Of a DNA stretch of 64,000 nucleotides, positions 9,821 through 19,447 are shown one piece after another (position 1 is the first letter of the stretch; every line of letters begins with the position of its first letter). This stretch comes from Candidatus Tayloriibacteriota bacterium. Its GTDB lineage: Bacteria; Patescibacteriota; Minisyncoccia; Phycocordibacterales; PALSA-1337. Both the position numbers and the translations under genes were made by a program. Under the pieces are notes generated by a model, which had not been told where the DNA came from, did not search any database, and worked only from the letters and a program-made list of their open reading frames with translations. The DNA lies in the NCBI GenBank assembly GCA_037129895.1, contig JBAXUB010000001.1, positions 18,947 through 82,946 of the forward strand, read 5' to 3'.

Positions 9821-12800
9821 TTATCTAATATCCAACTTCACATTCAATTCACCGACAGCCTGACTCTCCCCAGTCACACTCGAGAACGATATACCTTTGA
9901 CTGAAGTAGCTGCAGAAATCGCCTTCTCATTCTTTTCAATAAATGTCTTGCCGGCTACATCCGTATCAACTATGAGAGATACCTTATCATTCACGGTAAA
10001 GCCCCTATCCTTGCGAAGATCCTGAATAACGCGTATGAGTTCACGAACTGTTCCCTCTTCTTTCAGTGCTGGAGTTATAGCGATATCTAACTCGACTTCT
10101 TGAGTGAGACCCGCCAAAAACATAACTTCCTTTACATTGACTTCATCCATGATGAGTTCACAGAACTCTGGACTGAGTCCCGCCGACTTCTCTGTATTAT
10201 TGACCGTCAATTTTGCCAAAGGTTGTCTAACGTTGATCTTGGCTTTCATACGGGCTTCGAGACCTTTCGAAGCAATGTCTCTAACTATTTGCATGTTCTC
10301 GATCAATTTCGCATCGGATTTTCCAACTTCTGGCCAAGACGTGAGATGTACGCTATTAGTAGAGCCGAACAATTCCTGATGTAGATACTCAGCATAGAGT
10401 GGAGTAAACGGCGCCATCAATCTCGCTAGAGTTGAGAGCACGTATCTAGTAGTAGATAGAGCCTGTATCTTATCTACACCATCATTCTTGAACCGATCTC
10501 TAGATCTACGCAGATACCATTGAGAGAGTTCAGCTATAAAATCACGGATCGCCCTGGTCGGTTCAAAGAATTTGTAATTGTCTAGATTTTTCGTTGTTGT
10601 TTCTATCAACTGACTTAGTTTGGCGATGATCCATCGATCCAAGATATTGGAAGACAACGATCTGTCCACTGCCCTCTTTTCTAATGTAGCATCACCCAAC
10701 TCCTCGACACTTCTATTCTCATATAGTTTATAGAATGCTGTAACATTGGATATGAGATTGAATACTTTCTTCACAACCTCATCAACAGTTTTCTCATCAA
10801 AATTCTTTGAATCTCCTGGCTGATTGACGGAATACATCCAAAAACGTAGTGCGTCTGCTCCATATTTATCCATCATATCCCAAGGACTAACGACGTTGCC
10901 GATGGACTTACTCATCTTCTTGCCTTTGGCATCCAGGATATGTCCCAAACAGATTACATTCTTGTACGCCTTACCTTTACCCATGATCGCTCCGATAGCA
11001 TGCAATGTATAGAACCATCCACGTGTCTGATCGATCGCCTCCGAGATGAAATCCGCCGGATAAGCAATGTCCCGACCGATCTCTTCATTCCCGCCCAACT
11101 CATGCTCCTGCGAAAACGGCATCGATCCGGAATCGAACCAGACGTCCAAAACTTCCCTAGCACGACTCATCGTCCCGCCACACTGGCAATCCAACTTTAC
11201 ATCATCTATGAATGGTTTATGTAGATCAAGCTCATAATCCGCATTGTGAGGCAAGATAGAAAAATCCACTGGTCGCACTTCTGCGTTTGCGATGAAATCT
11301 TCCTGCTTTCGGTAGATTCTAGCACTATCGATATCATGACCTGCTGCAGCTGCAAACAATGTATAGGCCGGAGTCTCATGAGTGACGATCAATATCGTTT
11401 TGCCCTCATATTTACTTTCCATATCATATAGGAATTCACCCATACGTCTCTTTATATCCATATAGTCTTCCCCTCCTTCTGGTTTCCATAACCATCGGTC
11501 ATTCTCGCCGCATGCACGAGCCAATTCATCCACACCCTTCCCATCGAAAATTCCCGCACCATATTCTCTGATCCGATCATCTACAATAACTCTCGACGAA
11601 TCGAGGCCGACTACATCACGTACTATCTCAGCAGTTTCTCTAGTTCGTAGGAGTGGAGATGTAAAGATAAGATCGATTTTTGATGATACCAACTTCGCAG
11701 CAGAATCACTCACGTCTTTCTCGCCTTTCTCGGTCAAGTTGATGATGGAAGTAGCCGCAGTATCTAGAATATTCCTAACATTGTTCTCTGCTTCGCCATG
11801 TCTCATGACCAAGTATTTGTTCTTCGATCTCTTGGCCAATTCAGAAACAACACCAACCACTCTAGTAGATTTACACTTCTCACATGTCCATACAGGCAAC
11901 GGCGTCCCCCAATAACGCTCTCTCGATATTGCCCAATCCTTGATCTCACGTAGCCACTCACCAAAACGACCCTCCTTGATATGTTCGGGTTCCCAATGTA
12001 TCCCCTCATTTTCCTTAACTAATGTGTCGCGCAAACTAGACATCCGCAAATACCATGAATCGCGAGCGAAATATATGAGAGGTGTATGACAACGCCAACA
12101 GAATGGATATGTGTGTTCATACTTTTCCTTGGCAAACAAAAGTTTTCGTCCAGCCAAATCCTTTATGATAGTGACATCCGTGCCAGGATCTTTGACGAAA
12201 AGACCAGCCAATGATCCGGCCTCTTTCTTGAAAGTACCATCATCATTCACCAAGTGGAATTTCGGAAGCCCTACCTTCGTCCCCAATTCAAAATCATCCT
12301 GACCATACATAACTGCTATATGAACGATTCCAGTTCCGTCAGACGTTGTAACGAACGGAGCGGCGTAGACTCTATATGCATTCGCTAGCTTCTCCTTTTC
12401 GGTACCTTGCACATTGTCCTTGAGAAAGGGATACAAAGGGTTATAGGCGAGACCTACCAATGTTCCACCTTTCACAGTTTCCAACACGCTCGCATTTTCA
12501 AAATGTGACTTCAATGCTTCGAACCTCTCTTTCGCCAAAATCACCACTTCCCCGCTTGCGACTTTTACTTTTACATATTCGATATCGGCATTAATCGCTA
12601 AACCAACATTCCCTGGCAACGTCCACGGAGTAGTCGTCCATGCCAACAAGTATGTATTAGCTTCACCAACGACTTCAAATTTTACATAAACTGATAGATC
12701 TTTGACCGTCTCATATCCTTGCGCCAATTCGTGTGAAGAAAGACCCGTCCCACAACGTGGGCACCACGGAACTACTTTGTAGTCTTTATAAAGTAGTTTC

Positions 12801-13345
12801 TTGTTTTCAGCAGTTTTGATTATACTCCAAACCGACTCTATATATTGCGACTTGTAAGTTATATATGGATTCTCTAGGTCCACCCAATAACCCATACGAT
12901 CAGTGAAGTCCTCCCATTCATGTACGTACTTCCAGACACTCGCTTTGCACTTCTCATTGAATAGGCCTATGCCGTATGACTCTATTTCTTTTTTGGACTT
13001 CAGCCCGAGTTCCTTTTCTACTTGTAACTCAACTGGCAGACCATGTGTATCCCATCCACCTTTTCGACGTACATGATAACCCTGCATCGTCTTGTATCTA
13101 GGAATTGCATCCTTGAAAGCACGCGCCTCTAGATGATGGATACCTGGTCTACCGTTAGCTGTCGGAGGTCCTTCATAAAATACGAACTCGCCCTTTGGAG
13201 ACTCCTTGCCCAATGACTTTTCGAAAACGCTATTCTCTTTCCAATACTTCAAAATCGCCTCTTCACGCAATGCATGGGGACTTTTCACTGAATTTGTTGA
13301 ATACTGGCTATTCTCTCGATCAGTTTTGTTGTTTGGAAGAGGCAT
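9821..13345 (-). CDS. ileS: isoleucine--tRNA ligase (type 2) with inserted histidine-phosphatase domain
   Basis: GPPTANG, WDTHGLP, WTTTPWTLP, DQTRGWF, KMSKS; internal RHGE domain. Confidence 0.95.
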   Translation of the reverse strand: MPLPNNKTDRENSQYSTNSVKSPHALREEAILKYWKENSVFEKSLGKESPKGEFVFYEGPPTANGRPGIHHLEARAFKDAIPRYKTMQGYHVRRKGGWDTHGLPVELQVEKELGLKSKKEIESYGIGLFNEKCKASVWKYVHEWEDFTDRMGYWVDLENPYITYKSQYIESVWSIIKTAENKKLLYKDYKVVPWCPRCGTGLSSHELAQGYETVKDLSVYVKFEVVGEANTYLLAWTTTPWTLPGNVGLAINADIEYVKVKVASGEVVILAKERFEALKSHFENASVLETVKGGTLVGLAYNPLYPFLKDNVQGTEKEKLANAYRVYAAPFVTTSDGTGIVHIAVMYGQDDFELGTKVGLPKFHLVNDDGTFKKEAGSLAGLFVKDPGTDVTIIKDLAGRKLLFAKEKYEHTYPFCWRCHTPLIYFARDSWYLRMSSLRDTLVKENEGIHWEPEHIKEGRFGEWLREIKDWAISRERYWGTPLPVWTCEKCKSTRVVGVVSELAKRSKNKYLVMRHGEAENNVRNILDTAATSIINLTEKGEKDVSDSAAKLVSSKIDLIFTSPLLRTRETAEIVRDVVGLDSSRVIVDDRIREYGAGIFDGKGVDELARACGENDRWLWKPEGGEDYMDIKRRMGEFLYDMESKYEGKTILIVTHETPAYTLFAAAAGHDIDSARIYRKQEDFIANAEVRPVDFSILPHNADYELDLHKPFIDDVKLDCQCGGTMSRAREVLDVWFDSGSMPFSQEHELGGNEEIGRDIAYPADFISEAIDQTRGWFYTLHAIGAIMGKGKAYKNVICLGHILDAKGKKMSKSIGNVVSPWDMMDKYGADALRFWMYSVNQPGDSKNFDEKTVDEVVKKVFNLISNVTAFYKLYENRSVEELGDATLEKRAVDRSLSSNILDRWIIAKLSQLIETTTKNLDNYKFFEPTRAIRDFIAELSQWYLRRSRDRFKNDGVDKIQALSTTRYVLSTLARLMAPFTPLYAEYLHQELFGSTNSVHLTSWPEVGKSDAKLIENMQIVRDIASKGLEARMKAKINVRQPLAKLTVNNTEKSAGLSPEFCELIMDEVNVKEVMFLAGLTQEVELDIAITPALKEEGTVRELIRVIQDLRKDRGFTVNDKVSLIVDTDVAGKTFIEKNEKAISAATSVKGISFSSVTGESQAVGELNVKLDIR

Positions 13346-13417
13346 GATATTGAATCACCGAATAATGGTATTTATGGCATTCATTCTAGCATTTTTTTGA
13401 TTAATTGGAATAAAAAT

Positions 13418-13446
13418 GCTCAGAACAGCTAAAAGCGATTCTGAGC
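13418..13446 (-). terminator. hairpin terminator after orphan ORF
   Basis: GCTCAGAA...TTCTGAGC followed by a T-run on the minus strand. Confidence 0.55.
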
Positions 13447-13480
13447 GAGTGAAGTCGAGAGACCAGTACAACATGTGTCG

Positions 13481-13921
13481 TTAAGCCGGCACTCGTAACC
13501 GTGACAAGATGCACAACACTTCATCAACGAGGAGTCTGTGTCCGGACTTGACCATCGGGATTTCGTAACGCAGACCATTTAATCCCTGGTCATGCCAGAT
13601 GCGTATCTCCATGAACTCTGCAGCTGATTCAGCCTTCTTGAGATCACAGAGGACGCTAGGATCGTATAACTCGAAGCTGGCGATCCAAGCTGCTTGCATA
13701 TGCTTAACATCAGCTGGATCGATCTTGAGACCAACCCAACACCCGGTCTGTGGTAAAGTCTTCTTCACCGGGCAACAACAACGAAATCCTGGCCGTGTTT
13801 GCTCAATGTGCGCAATTTCGATCGGAAACTCGGCCAACTCTGTATACAACAGAGGTACGGCCCTAGGTATCAATCTATTCATATGTAATTCTCCTTCTGC
13901 CGAAACTCTACCATTAAACAA
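13481..13921 (-). CDS. hypothetical protein
   Basis: 146-aa ORF between argS and ileS with a terminator; no recognisable motif. Confidence 0.5.
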   Translation of the reverse strand: MFNGRVSAEGELHMNRLIPRAVPLLYTELAEFPIEIAHIEQTRPGFRCCCPVKKTLPQTGCWVGLKIDPADVKHMQAAWIASFELYDPSVLCDLKKAESAAEFMEIRIWHDQGLNGLRYEIPMVKSGHRLLVDEVLCILSRLRVPA

Positions 13922-13932
13922 ATATAAATCAA

Positions 13933-15666
13933 CTACATCTTCCTAGGAACTTTGATCCCCAGTATCCACAAACCGCGAGTCATGGTTTTCAAGAATGCTT
14001 TGGTAAGTTCAACCCTGTAATCAGACATGGGATCTTTTTTATCGAGAATAGTCTCCGCAGCATAGAAACTATTGAAACTTCCTGCCAATTGAACCAAATA
14101 ATTGGAAACGATCTGAGGAGCGTATTCAATATTGGCGCGCTCAGCAATATCTGGAAAACGAACCAACAATTTTTCTAGTACACCAACATGATCTGGTTTT
14201 TGTATTGCTAATGACGCAGATTTCGATCCTCCTGCCTTCTCAATGATCGAATTGGCTCGTACAGCTGAATATTGTAGATACGGACCAGAGTCCCCTTCAA
14301 ATGATATAGACGCTGCAGAATCAAATATTACATTACCACCGATCGCCTGACGCAATATCGTATATTTGATCGCTCCAACTGCTATATCTGTAGCGATCTC
14401 GTCACTTTCATCGGCAGTGAAATTTCGTTCAGCGATCCTCTCTATCACCATTTTTTTCATCTCACCGATCAATGAATCCGCAGTTATAACATTACCTGTT
14501 CTAGATGACATTTTGCCTTGAGAAAAACGCAGCATTCCATGACCGATATGGAATGTCTTTCCACCATTTTTTTCATCAATCAGAGACAAGACCTTTCTGA
14601 TGACTTTGAAATATTCATTTTGCTCATTGGCTGTCACGACGATCGATCTTTCTACATTTGGATATTTGCGAAATTTTGTAACATTCAAGCCAACATCTTT
14701 GGTCTCATAAGTTGGCAAACCGCGAGAATTGATAAATACTCTAGTATGTAAACCATACTCTTCCCCTTTGAATACAACCGCACCGTCGCTTTCCTCGAAA
14801 ACTTCGGTGGCTCCCCGTCCTTTCATATGTGCCCGAACTACTTCTAGCCCAATAGCCGCTACTTCACTCTCAAATATCTGTGTATCAAACTTTGTACCCA
14901 GAATTCCATATAGCAATTGGAAGTGATCCAAACTCCATCCCCTACCCTTGTCATACAGATCATTCACTGACTGATCAGACTTGTCATATATGACTTGATT
15001 GAGCTCATCAATCTCGTTTTTCACCGTCGGATCAGCATCATAGGCTTTTGTCCCTTCAACATACATCTTCCCCAAGAATTGCGTCCTCTCCTCGATAGGT
15101 GCAGCTTCGGATGGAATCTCTTCCAGGTGTTGTTGCATCGCCCAGATCGATTTTGCAATATGTAGACCGATATCAGACGGATAACAGATCCTAATTATTT
15201 TCTTGCCAGAAAACTCTATAAGTCTAGAAACTGATTCCCCTATCGTATTGGACATGATGTGCCCGATATGGAAAGCTTTGAAGGTATTTGGATCGGTATA
15301 TTCTATGAGTACCTCACCCGCATTTTCCTTATGATCCGCACCTACACCACCGATCACGTGATCAGTCTTTGCAATATTCAAAATCTCATCGAAGAAAATC
15401 TGATCCTTCAATTTGAAATTGATAAATCCGACTCCAGCAACCTGCACATCCACGATGAAATCAGGTCTGACATTTTTCATATCTGCTACGATTTTTTCTG
15501 CCAGAACTTTCGGTGACGTACCCAATTGTTTCGAGTAGACAAGCGCCACATTGGTCGTAAGATCACCGTGATCCATGTTTTCTGGATAATCCAACTTGAT
15601 CTGCGGCTGAGCTACACCTAGGGACCTCAGTGATTTTTCGACTAGATTTATCAGTTCTTGCTTCAT
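13933..15666 (-). CDS. argS: arginine--tRNA ligase
   Basis: HGDLTTN, PNTFKAFHIGH, KMSSRTG, GPYLQY. Confidence 0.97.
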   Translation of the reverse strand: MKQELINLVEKSLRSLGVAQPQIKLDYPENMDHGDLTTNVALVYSKQLGTSPKVLAEKIVADMKNVRPDFIVDVQVAGVGFINFKLKDQIFFDEILNIAKTDHVIGGVGADHKENAGEVLIEYTDPNTFKAFHIGHIMSNTIGESVSRLIEFSGKKIIRICYPSDIGLHIAKSIWAMQQHLEEIPSEAAPIEERTQFLGKMYVEGTKAYDADPTVKNEIDELNQVIYDKSDQSVNDLYDKGRGWSLDHFQLLYGILGTKFDTQIFESEVAAIGLEVVRAHMKGRGATEVFEESDGAVVFKGEEYGLHTRVFINSRGLPTYETKDVGLNVTKFRKYPNVERSIVVTANEQNEYFKVIRKVLSLIDEKNGGKTFHIGHGMLRFSQGKMSSRTGNVITADSLIGEMKKMVIERIAERNFTADESDEIATDIAVGAIKYTILRQAIGGNVIFDSAASISFEGDSGPYLQYSAVRANSIIEKAGGSKSASLAIQKPDHVGVLEKLLVRFPDIAERANIEYAPQIVSNYLVQLAGSFNSFYAAETILDKKDPMSDYRVELTKAFLKTMTRGLWILGIKVPRKM

Positions 15667-15703
15667 GCTTCAATATTAACAGAGATACTCGAACTTCATC
15701 ATA

Positions 15704-15731
15704 TTGACAATGTGCAGAAAAAGAGTATAAT
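15704..15731 (+). promoter_or_regulatory. consensus sigma70 promoter
   Basis: TTGACA-16 nt-TATAAT. Confidence 0.8.
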
Positions 15732-15736
15732 AGTAA

Positions 15737-16031
15737 ATGGCTAGGAGGTTTTGAGGTCCAATCTCCTGTACTCGCTCTTCCTCGAGAGTCCAAACTATAA
15801 TCCCGGAATGAGTCCGTACTTAATTAGGGGTACTTTGGTTCCTCACCGACACAATGAATACTTAGGCCACCTGCCGAGTTGAACGGCGAATTCTTCATTG
15901 ACGGCCCCACACCTCAGATGCACCCTCTTCTGGTTCGAAATATCAGGAAACTCCGTAAAAAGAGTCCTGATACATTATTCACTAAAGAGGGCGCTACCAC
16001 GAGTGATCCACTAGGACTTCGTGTTTTTTTA
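15737..16031 (+). ncRNA. candidate structured non-coding RNA (unassigned family)
   Basis: Consensus promoter, series of hairpins, hairpin+T7 terminator, no credible ORF. Confidence 0.55.
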
Positions 16032-16193
16032 TATTTACTTACAAACACTAGGAAAAACCGGCTTCTTCAAGACAGCATCGATCTTTCCTGCAATTGTTTA
16101 CTGAACGAGGCATAGCAATATAATTCTTGACTTGTCAATAGTGAATATGCTAACCTCTCAACAGACAAATTGATGATACTTTTTAGCAGAACT

Positions 16194-17138
16194 ATGAAAA
16201 CTCAAAATGACGGCTCCGACCTGTTACTATACAGTCGGGCAATCCACGAACATCCCCTACTGACAGAGCAAGAGGTAGTCGAGCTCTGCAAACAGAGGAC
16301 TGCCGGAAGCCTGGAGGCATACGACAAACTAATCCTGCATAACTTGAGATTAGTGATATTCATAGCGAAAGACTTCTCAAATAGAGGACTGGAGTTGTCC
16401 GACGCGATCCAAGAAGGAATGATGGGGCTCATGATCGCTATTCAGCGATTCGACCCATCTATAGGTCTATCGCTCAGCGGTTATGCGGGCTTGTGCATAA
16501 GAAACAAGATGCATCGGGCACTTTTCAATCAAAGCCAGGGTATTCGCATTCCTGTTCACTTTCGTGAGACTTTTCACAAAATCAAACGAATCCAGGACCA
16601 ACTACTCACTGTATTAGATAGGGAGCCAACATTCGAAGAGATCGGCCACGAACTTAACAAGAGTGCCGCTTACGTTTCGAATGTTCTTGACTCTATGTTG
16701 AGGACACGTTCCACATCGATCGACGCCGAAATAGAACTCGATGGTGACACTTCTCTAGACGGCAGACACCAATCAATCGCTGACCAACAAGTCCTCGACC
16801 CGTCAATGGCACTAGATGCAAAAGAGACCTTGCATATACTGAAATCACGCCTTGAACAATTGCCTGCTGATATCACAAACCTCGACAACCTCAAAGAGAA
16901 ACACCGAGAAGTGTTCCGGATGCGATACAATTTTGATCACCAGTATACACCTCTTGTCAGTCTCGTAGATATAGCGAAAGAGTTTGACATGAGCAAACAA
17001 AGAATCCAACAGAGTCTCTGTTTCACCTGGCGCAAATTGAACAAGACCGGTGTACGAGGTTCTGACCGTTGGGTCGTCACCACGCTCGACCGGATCGATG
17101 AGCTAGAGTCGATCGTCGCTGCTATTGAAAACAATTGA
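16194..17138 (+). CDS. RpoD/RpoS-like sigma-70 factor (divergent paralog)
   Basis: LLTEQE, NLRLVIFIAK, RGL...IQEG..GL, IRIPVH, region 4 HTH. Confidence 0.9.
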   Translation: MKTQNDGSDLLLYSRAIHEHPLLTEQEVVELCKQRTAGSLEAYDKLILHNLRLVIFIAKDFSNRGLELSDAIQEGMMGLMIAIQRFDPSIGLSLSGYAGLCIRNKMHRALFNQSQGIRIPVHFRETFHKIKRIQDQLLTVLDREPTFEEIGHELNKSAAYVSNVLDSMLRTRSTSIDAEIELDGDTSLDGRHQSIADQQVLDPSMALDAKETLHILKSRLEQLPADITNLDNLKEKHREVFRMRYNFDHQYTPLVSLVDIAKEFDMSKQRIQQSLCFTWRKLNKTGVRGSDRWVVTTLDRIDELESIVAAIENN

Positions 17139-17169
17139 GCCACGAAAATCGACCTACAACAATACACAA

Positions 17170-17198
17170 CCAGACCAATTAAGCGGTCTGGTTTTTTA
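17170..17198 (+). terminator. intrinsic terminator
   Basis: CCAGACC-loop-GGTCTGG followed by TTTTTT. Confidence 0.7.
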
Positions 17199-17212
17199 TT
17201 TAATGATGCAAA

Positions 17213-18430
17213 CTATTTGCAGACCTGAGGAGAAACCGGCTTTTTCAAAACAGCATCGATCTTTCGAGCAATCTTTACAAAATCTTTCTCTTTCCTACCA
17301 CGAGTAGTCTCTGCGGCGGTGCCAAGTCGTATGCCTGACGGGTCAGCTGGTGGACGTGTGTCGAAAGGAATGGCGTTCTTGTTGACGATGATACCTGCTT
17401 GTTCGAGTCTAGTACTAGCCTCTTTACCAGTAACTCCGCCAGCACCATTTTCATTCACATGACCGTCATGCCAAGTATCTACCAAAACTAGATGACTATC
17501 CGTGCCACCAGAGATGACCCTCCAACCAAACTTTCTCAGGTGTTCCGCCAAAACTGCAGCATTCTTCACAACTTGTGCAGCGTATTTCTTGAATTTTGGA
17601 CTAGCTGCTTCTTTGAGTGCCACTGCAACAGCAGCAATCTGATTTATATGTGGTCCACCCTGTAGTCCAGGAAAAACTGCCTTGTCTATCTTCTTGTCCA
17701 ATTCCCTATCATCGCGTCTCACGAATATGAGAGCTGCGCGTGGGCCACGGAGAGTTTTGTGTGTAGTCGTCGTAACAATATCAGCATATGGAAAAGGTGC
17801 AGGATATGCACCACCAGCTACCAATCCAGCGATATGAGACATATCAACCATGAGTAAAGCCTGAGCCGCGTCCGCAACTTCCCTCATCTTGACCCAATCA
17901 ATAATACGAGGATAGGCCGTATAGCCAGCAACTATGATCGCCGGCTTTTCTGCCACAGCCTTTTCTCGAAGCTGATCGTAATTCAATACTTCAGTTGTCT
18001 TATCTACACCATATGGCACCTGAGTCCAAAACTTTCCTGTAGCAGAAACTTTGTGCCCATGCGTAAGGTGTCCTCCTTGATCGAGTGACATCCCCATGAT
18101 CTTACCGCCTTGTGGGACTAACGCGGTATAGACTGCCAGATTCGCTGGTGAACCCGAGAGAGCTTGCACGTTTACATGCCACTTATCATGATCGAGCCCG
18201 AATAATTCTAACGCCCTTTCCATACACAGACTCTCTATCTTATCTACTATCTCATTACCCCCATAATATCTCTTTCCCGGATAACCCTCCGCATATTTAT
18301 TGGTAAGTTCTGAGCCAAGTGCCTCTAACACATCATTCGAAACATAATTCTCCGAAGCTATCAGGTTGACGACTTTTTTCTGTCTATTCTTTTCTGACAA
18401 TATTAATTTTTTTATTTGTTTATCTTTCAT
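17213..18430 (-). CDS. glyA: serine hydroxymethyltransferase
   Basis: LIASENY, GGHLTHG, TTTTHKTLRGPR. Confidence 0.97.
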   Translation of the reverse strand: MKDKQIKKLILSEKNRQKKVVNLIASENYVSNDVLEALGSELTNKYAEGYPGKRYYGGNEIVDKIESLCMERALELFGLDHDKWHVNVQALSGSPANLAVYTALVPQGGKIMGMSLDQGGHLTHGHKVSATGKFWTQVPYGVDKTTEVLNYDQLREKAVAEKPAIIVAGYTAYPRIIDWVKMREVADAAQALLMVDMSHIAGLVAGGAYPAPFPYADIVTTTTHKTLRGPRAALIFVRRDDRELDKKIDKAVFPGLQGGPHINQIAAVAVALKEAASPKFKKYAAQVVKNAAVLAEHLRKFGWRVISGGTDSHLVLVDTWHDGHVNENGAGGVTGKEASTRLEQAGIIVNKNAIPFDTRPPADPSGIRLGTAAETTRGRKEKDFVKIARKIDAVLKKPVSPQVCK

Positions 18431-18459
18431 ATGTATATCGTAACATAACATACCGCCTA

Positions 18460-18496
18460 CAAAAAATGGTCCGCTACACCCAGTGTGTAACGGACC
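18460..18496 (-). terminator. intrinsic terminator upstream of glyA
   Basis: GGTCCGTTACAC-ACTGG-GTGTAGCGGACC then ATTTTTT on the minus strand. Confidence 0.7.
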
Positions 18497-18713
18497 ACCA
18501 ACCACCCATACAAAGGGAAGAAATCAACGACACACGACGCGACTTTAGTGACAAAATAGAATTTGTCCAATCCTTAGCCACTCATACGGTGATATGTCGT
18601 TTTTGTTTGACCATTGAAGGTCTGCGAGCCAAATGGCCCAGTACGGGACGCGAACTCATAGTTCGAATCTCTGATGAAAAGATTACTCCTCGTCCGCAAT
18701 TAATGCAAGCTAG

Positions 18714-18733
18714 TTATACACACGTTATCCACA
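18714..18733 (+). promoter_or_regulatory. two tandem DnaA-box matches
   Basis: TTATACACA (18714-22) and TTATCCACA (18725-33). Confidence 0.55.
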
Positions 18734-18751
18734 GGCTATTCCGTGACTCGT

Positions 18752-19402
18752 CTACTTGAGCAGTTTGCGCATCTCCTCCAAGAAATCACTTTTCACTTCC
18801 TCGAAAGGCCTATTGGCGTCTATCGTAACATGCGGCACTTTCTTCAGAAATTTCAAATACCCCTTCCTCACCTTTTCGTGGAATATGATCTTTCTATTAT
18901 CGAAATGATCATACTTGGTAGTATTTCTGTTCGACTCATTGCGAGATCTCGCACGACGCAGACCAACCAGAGGATCCACATCCACAAACACATAGAGATC
19001 TGGGACATGTACCAACTTGTCACGAAGTAACCAGAAGATTTCCTCGAGATCGCCATTTGTTTGAGCTGCGACTTGATATGCAAAAGAAGAACCATCAAAT
19101 CTATCGGCCACCACCGACATTCCCGATTTCAATGACGGCTCGATCACATTCACCACATTGTCGAAGCGGGCGGCAAACATAAGACACAGTGTCGTCTCAG
19201 CCGGCGCAGTCTTCGCTAGAGGATTCTTGAGTGCAGCATTCCTGATGATCTCCGCATAAGGCGATCCTCCAGGTTCACGAGTTATGAGAGCAACACCCGG
19301 CATCTCCTTCGCGAGAGCGGCCATGAGTGAAGATTTACCGGAACCTTCTCCACCTTCAACAGCGATGAACATCGGTCTCTTTTTATTTCTCAATTTTTTC
19401 AT
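18752..19402 (-). CDS. tmk: thymidylate kinase
   Basis: FIAVEGGEGSGKSS, TREPGG, DRF..SS.AYQ. Confidence 0.95.
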   Translation of the reverse strand: MKKLRNKKRPMFIAVEGGEGSGKSSLMAALAKEMPGVALITREPGGSPYAEIIRNAALKNPLAKTAPAETTLCLMFAARFDNVVNVIEPSLKSGMSVVADRFDGSSFAYQVAAQTNGDLEEIFWLLRDKLVHVPDLYVFVDVDPLVGLRRARSRNESNRNTTKYDHFDNRKIIFHEKVRKGYLKFLKKVPHVTIDANRPFEEVKSDFLEEMRKLLK

Positions 19403-19447
19403 GATTTTACTTTCTACATCACTTATACCAGAGAGAGATGACAGCGT

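Noticed and set aside
15879-16115. 78-aa ORF upstream of the sigma factor
   Set aside because: TTG start, no RBS, runs through a terminator and strong hairpins; better explained as ncRNA.
18714-18733. oriC at the DnaA boxes
   Set aside because: Only two boxes, no dnaA/dnaN nearby and no clear unwinding element.
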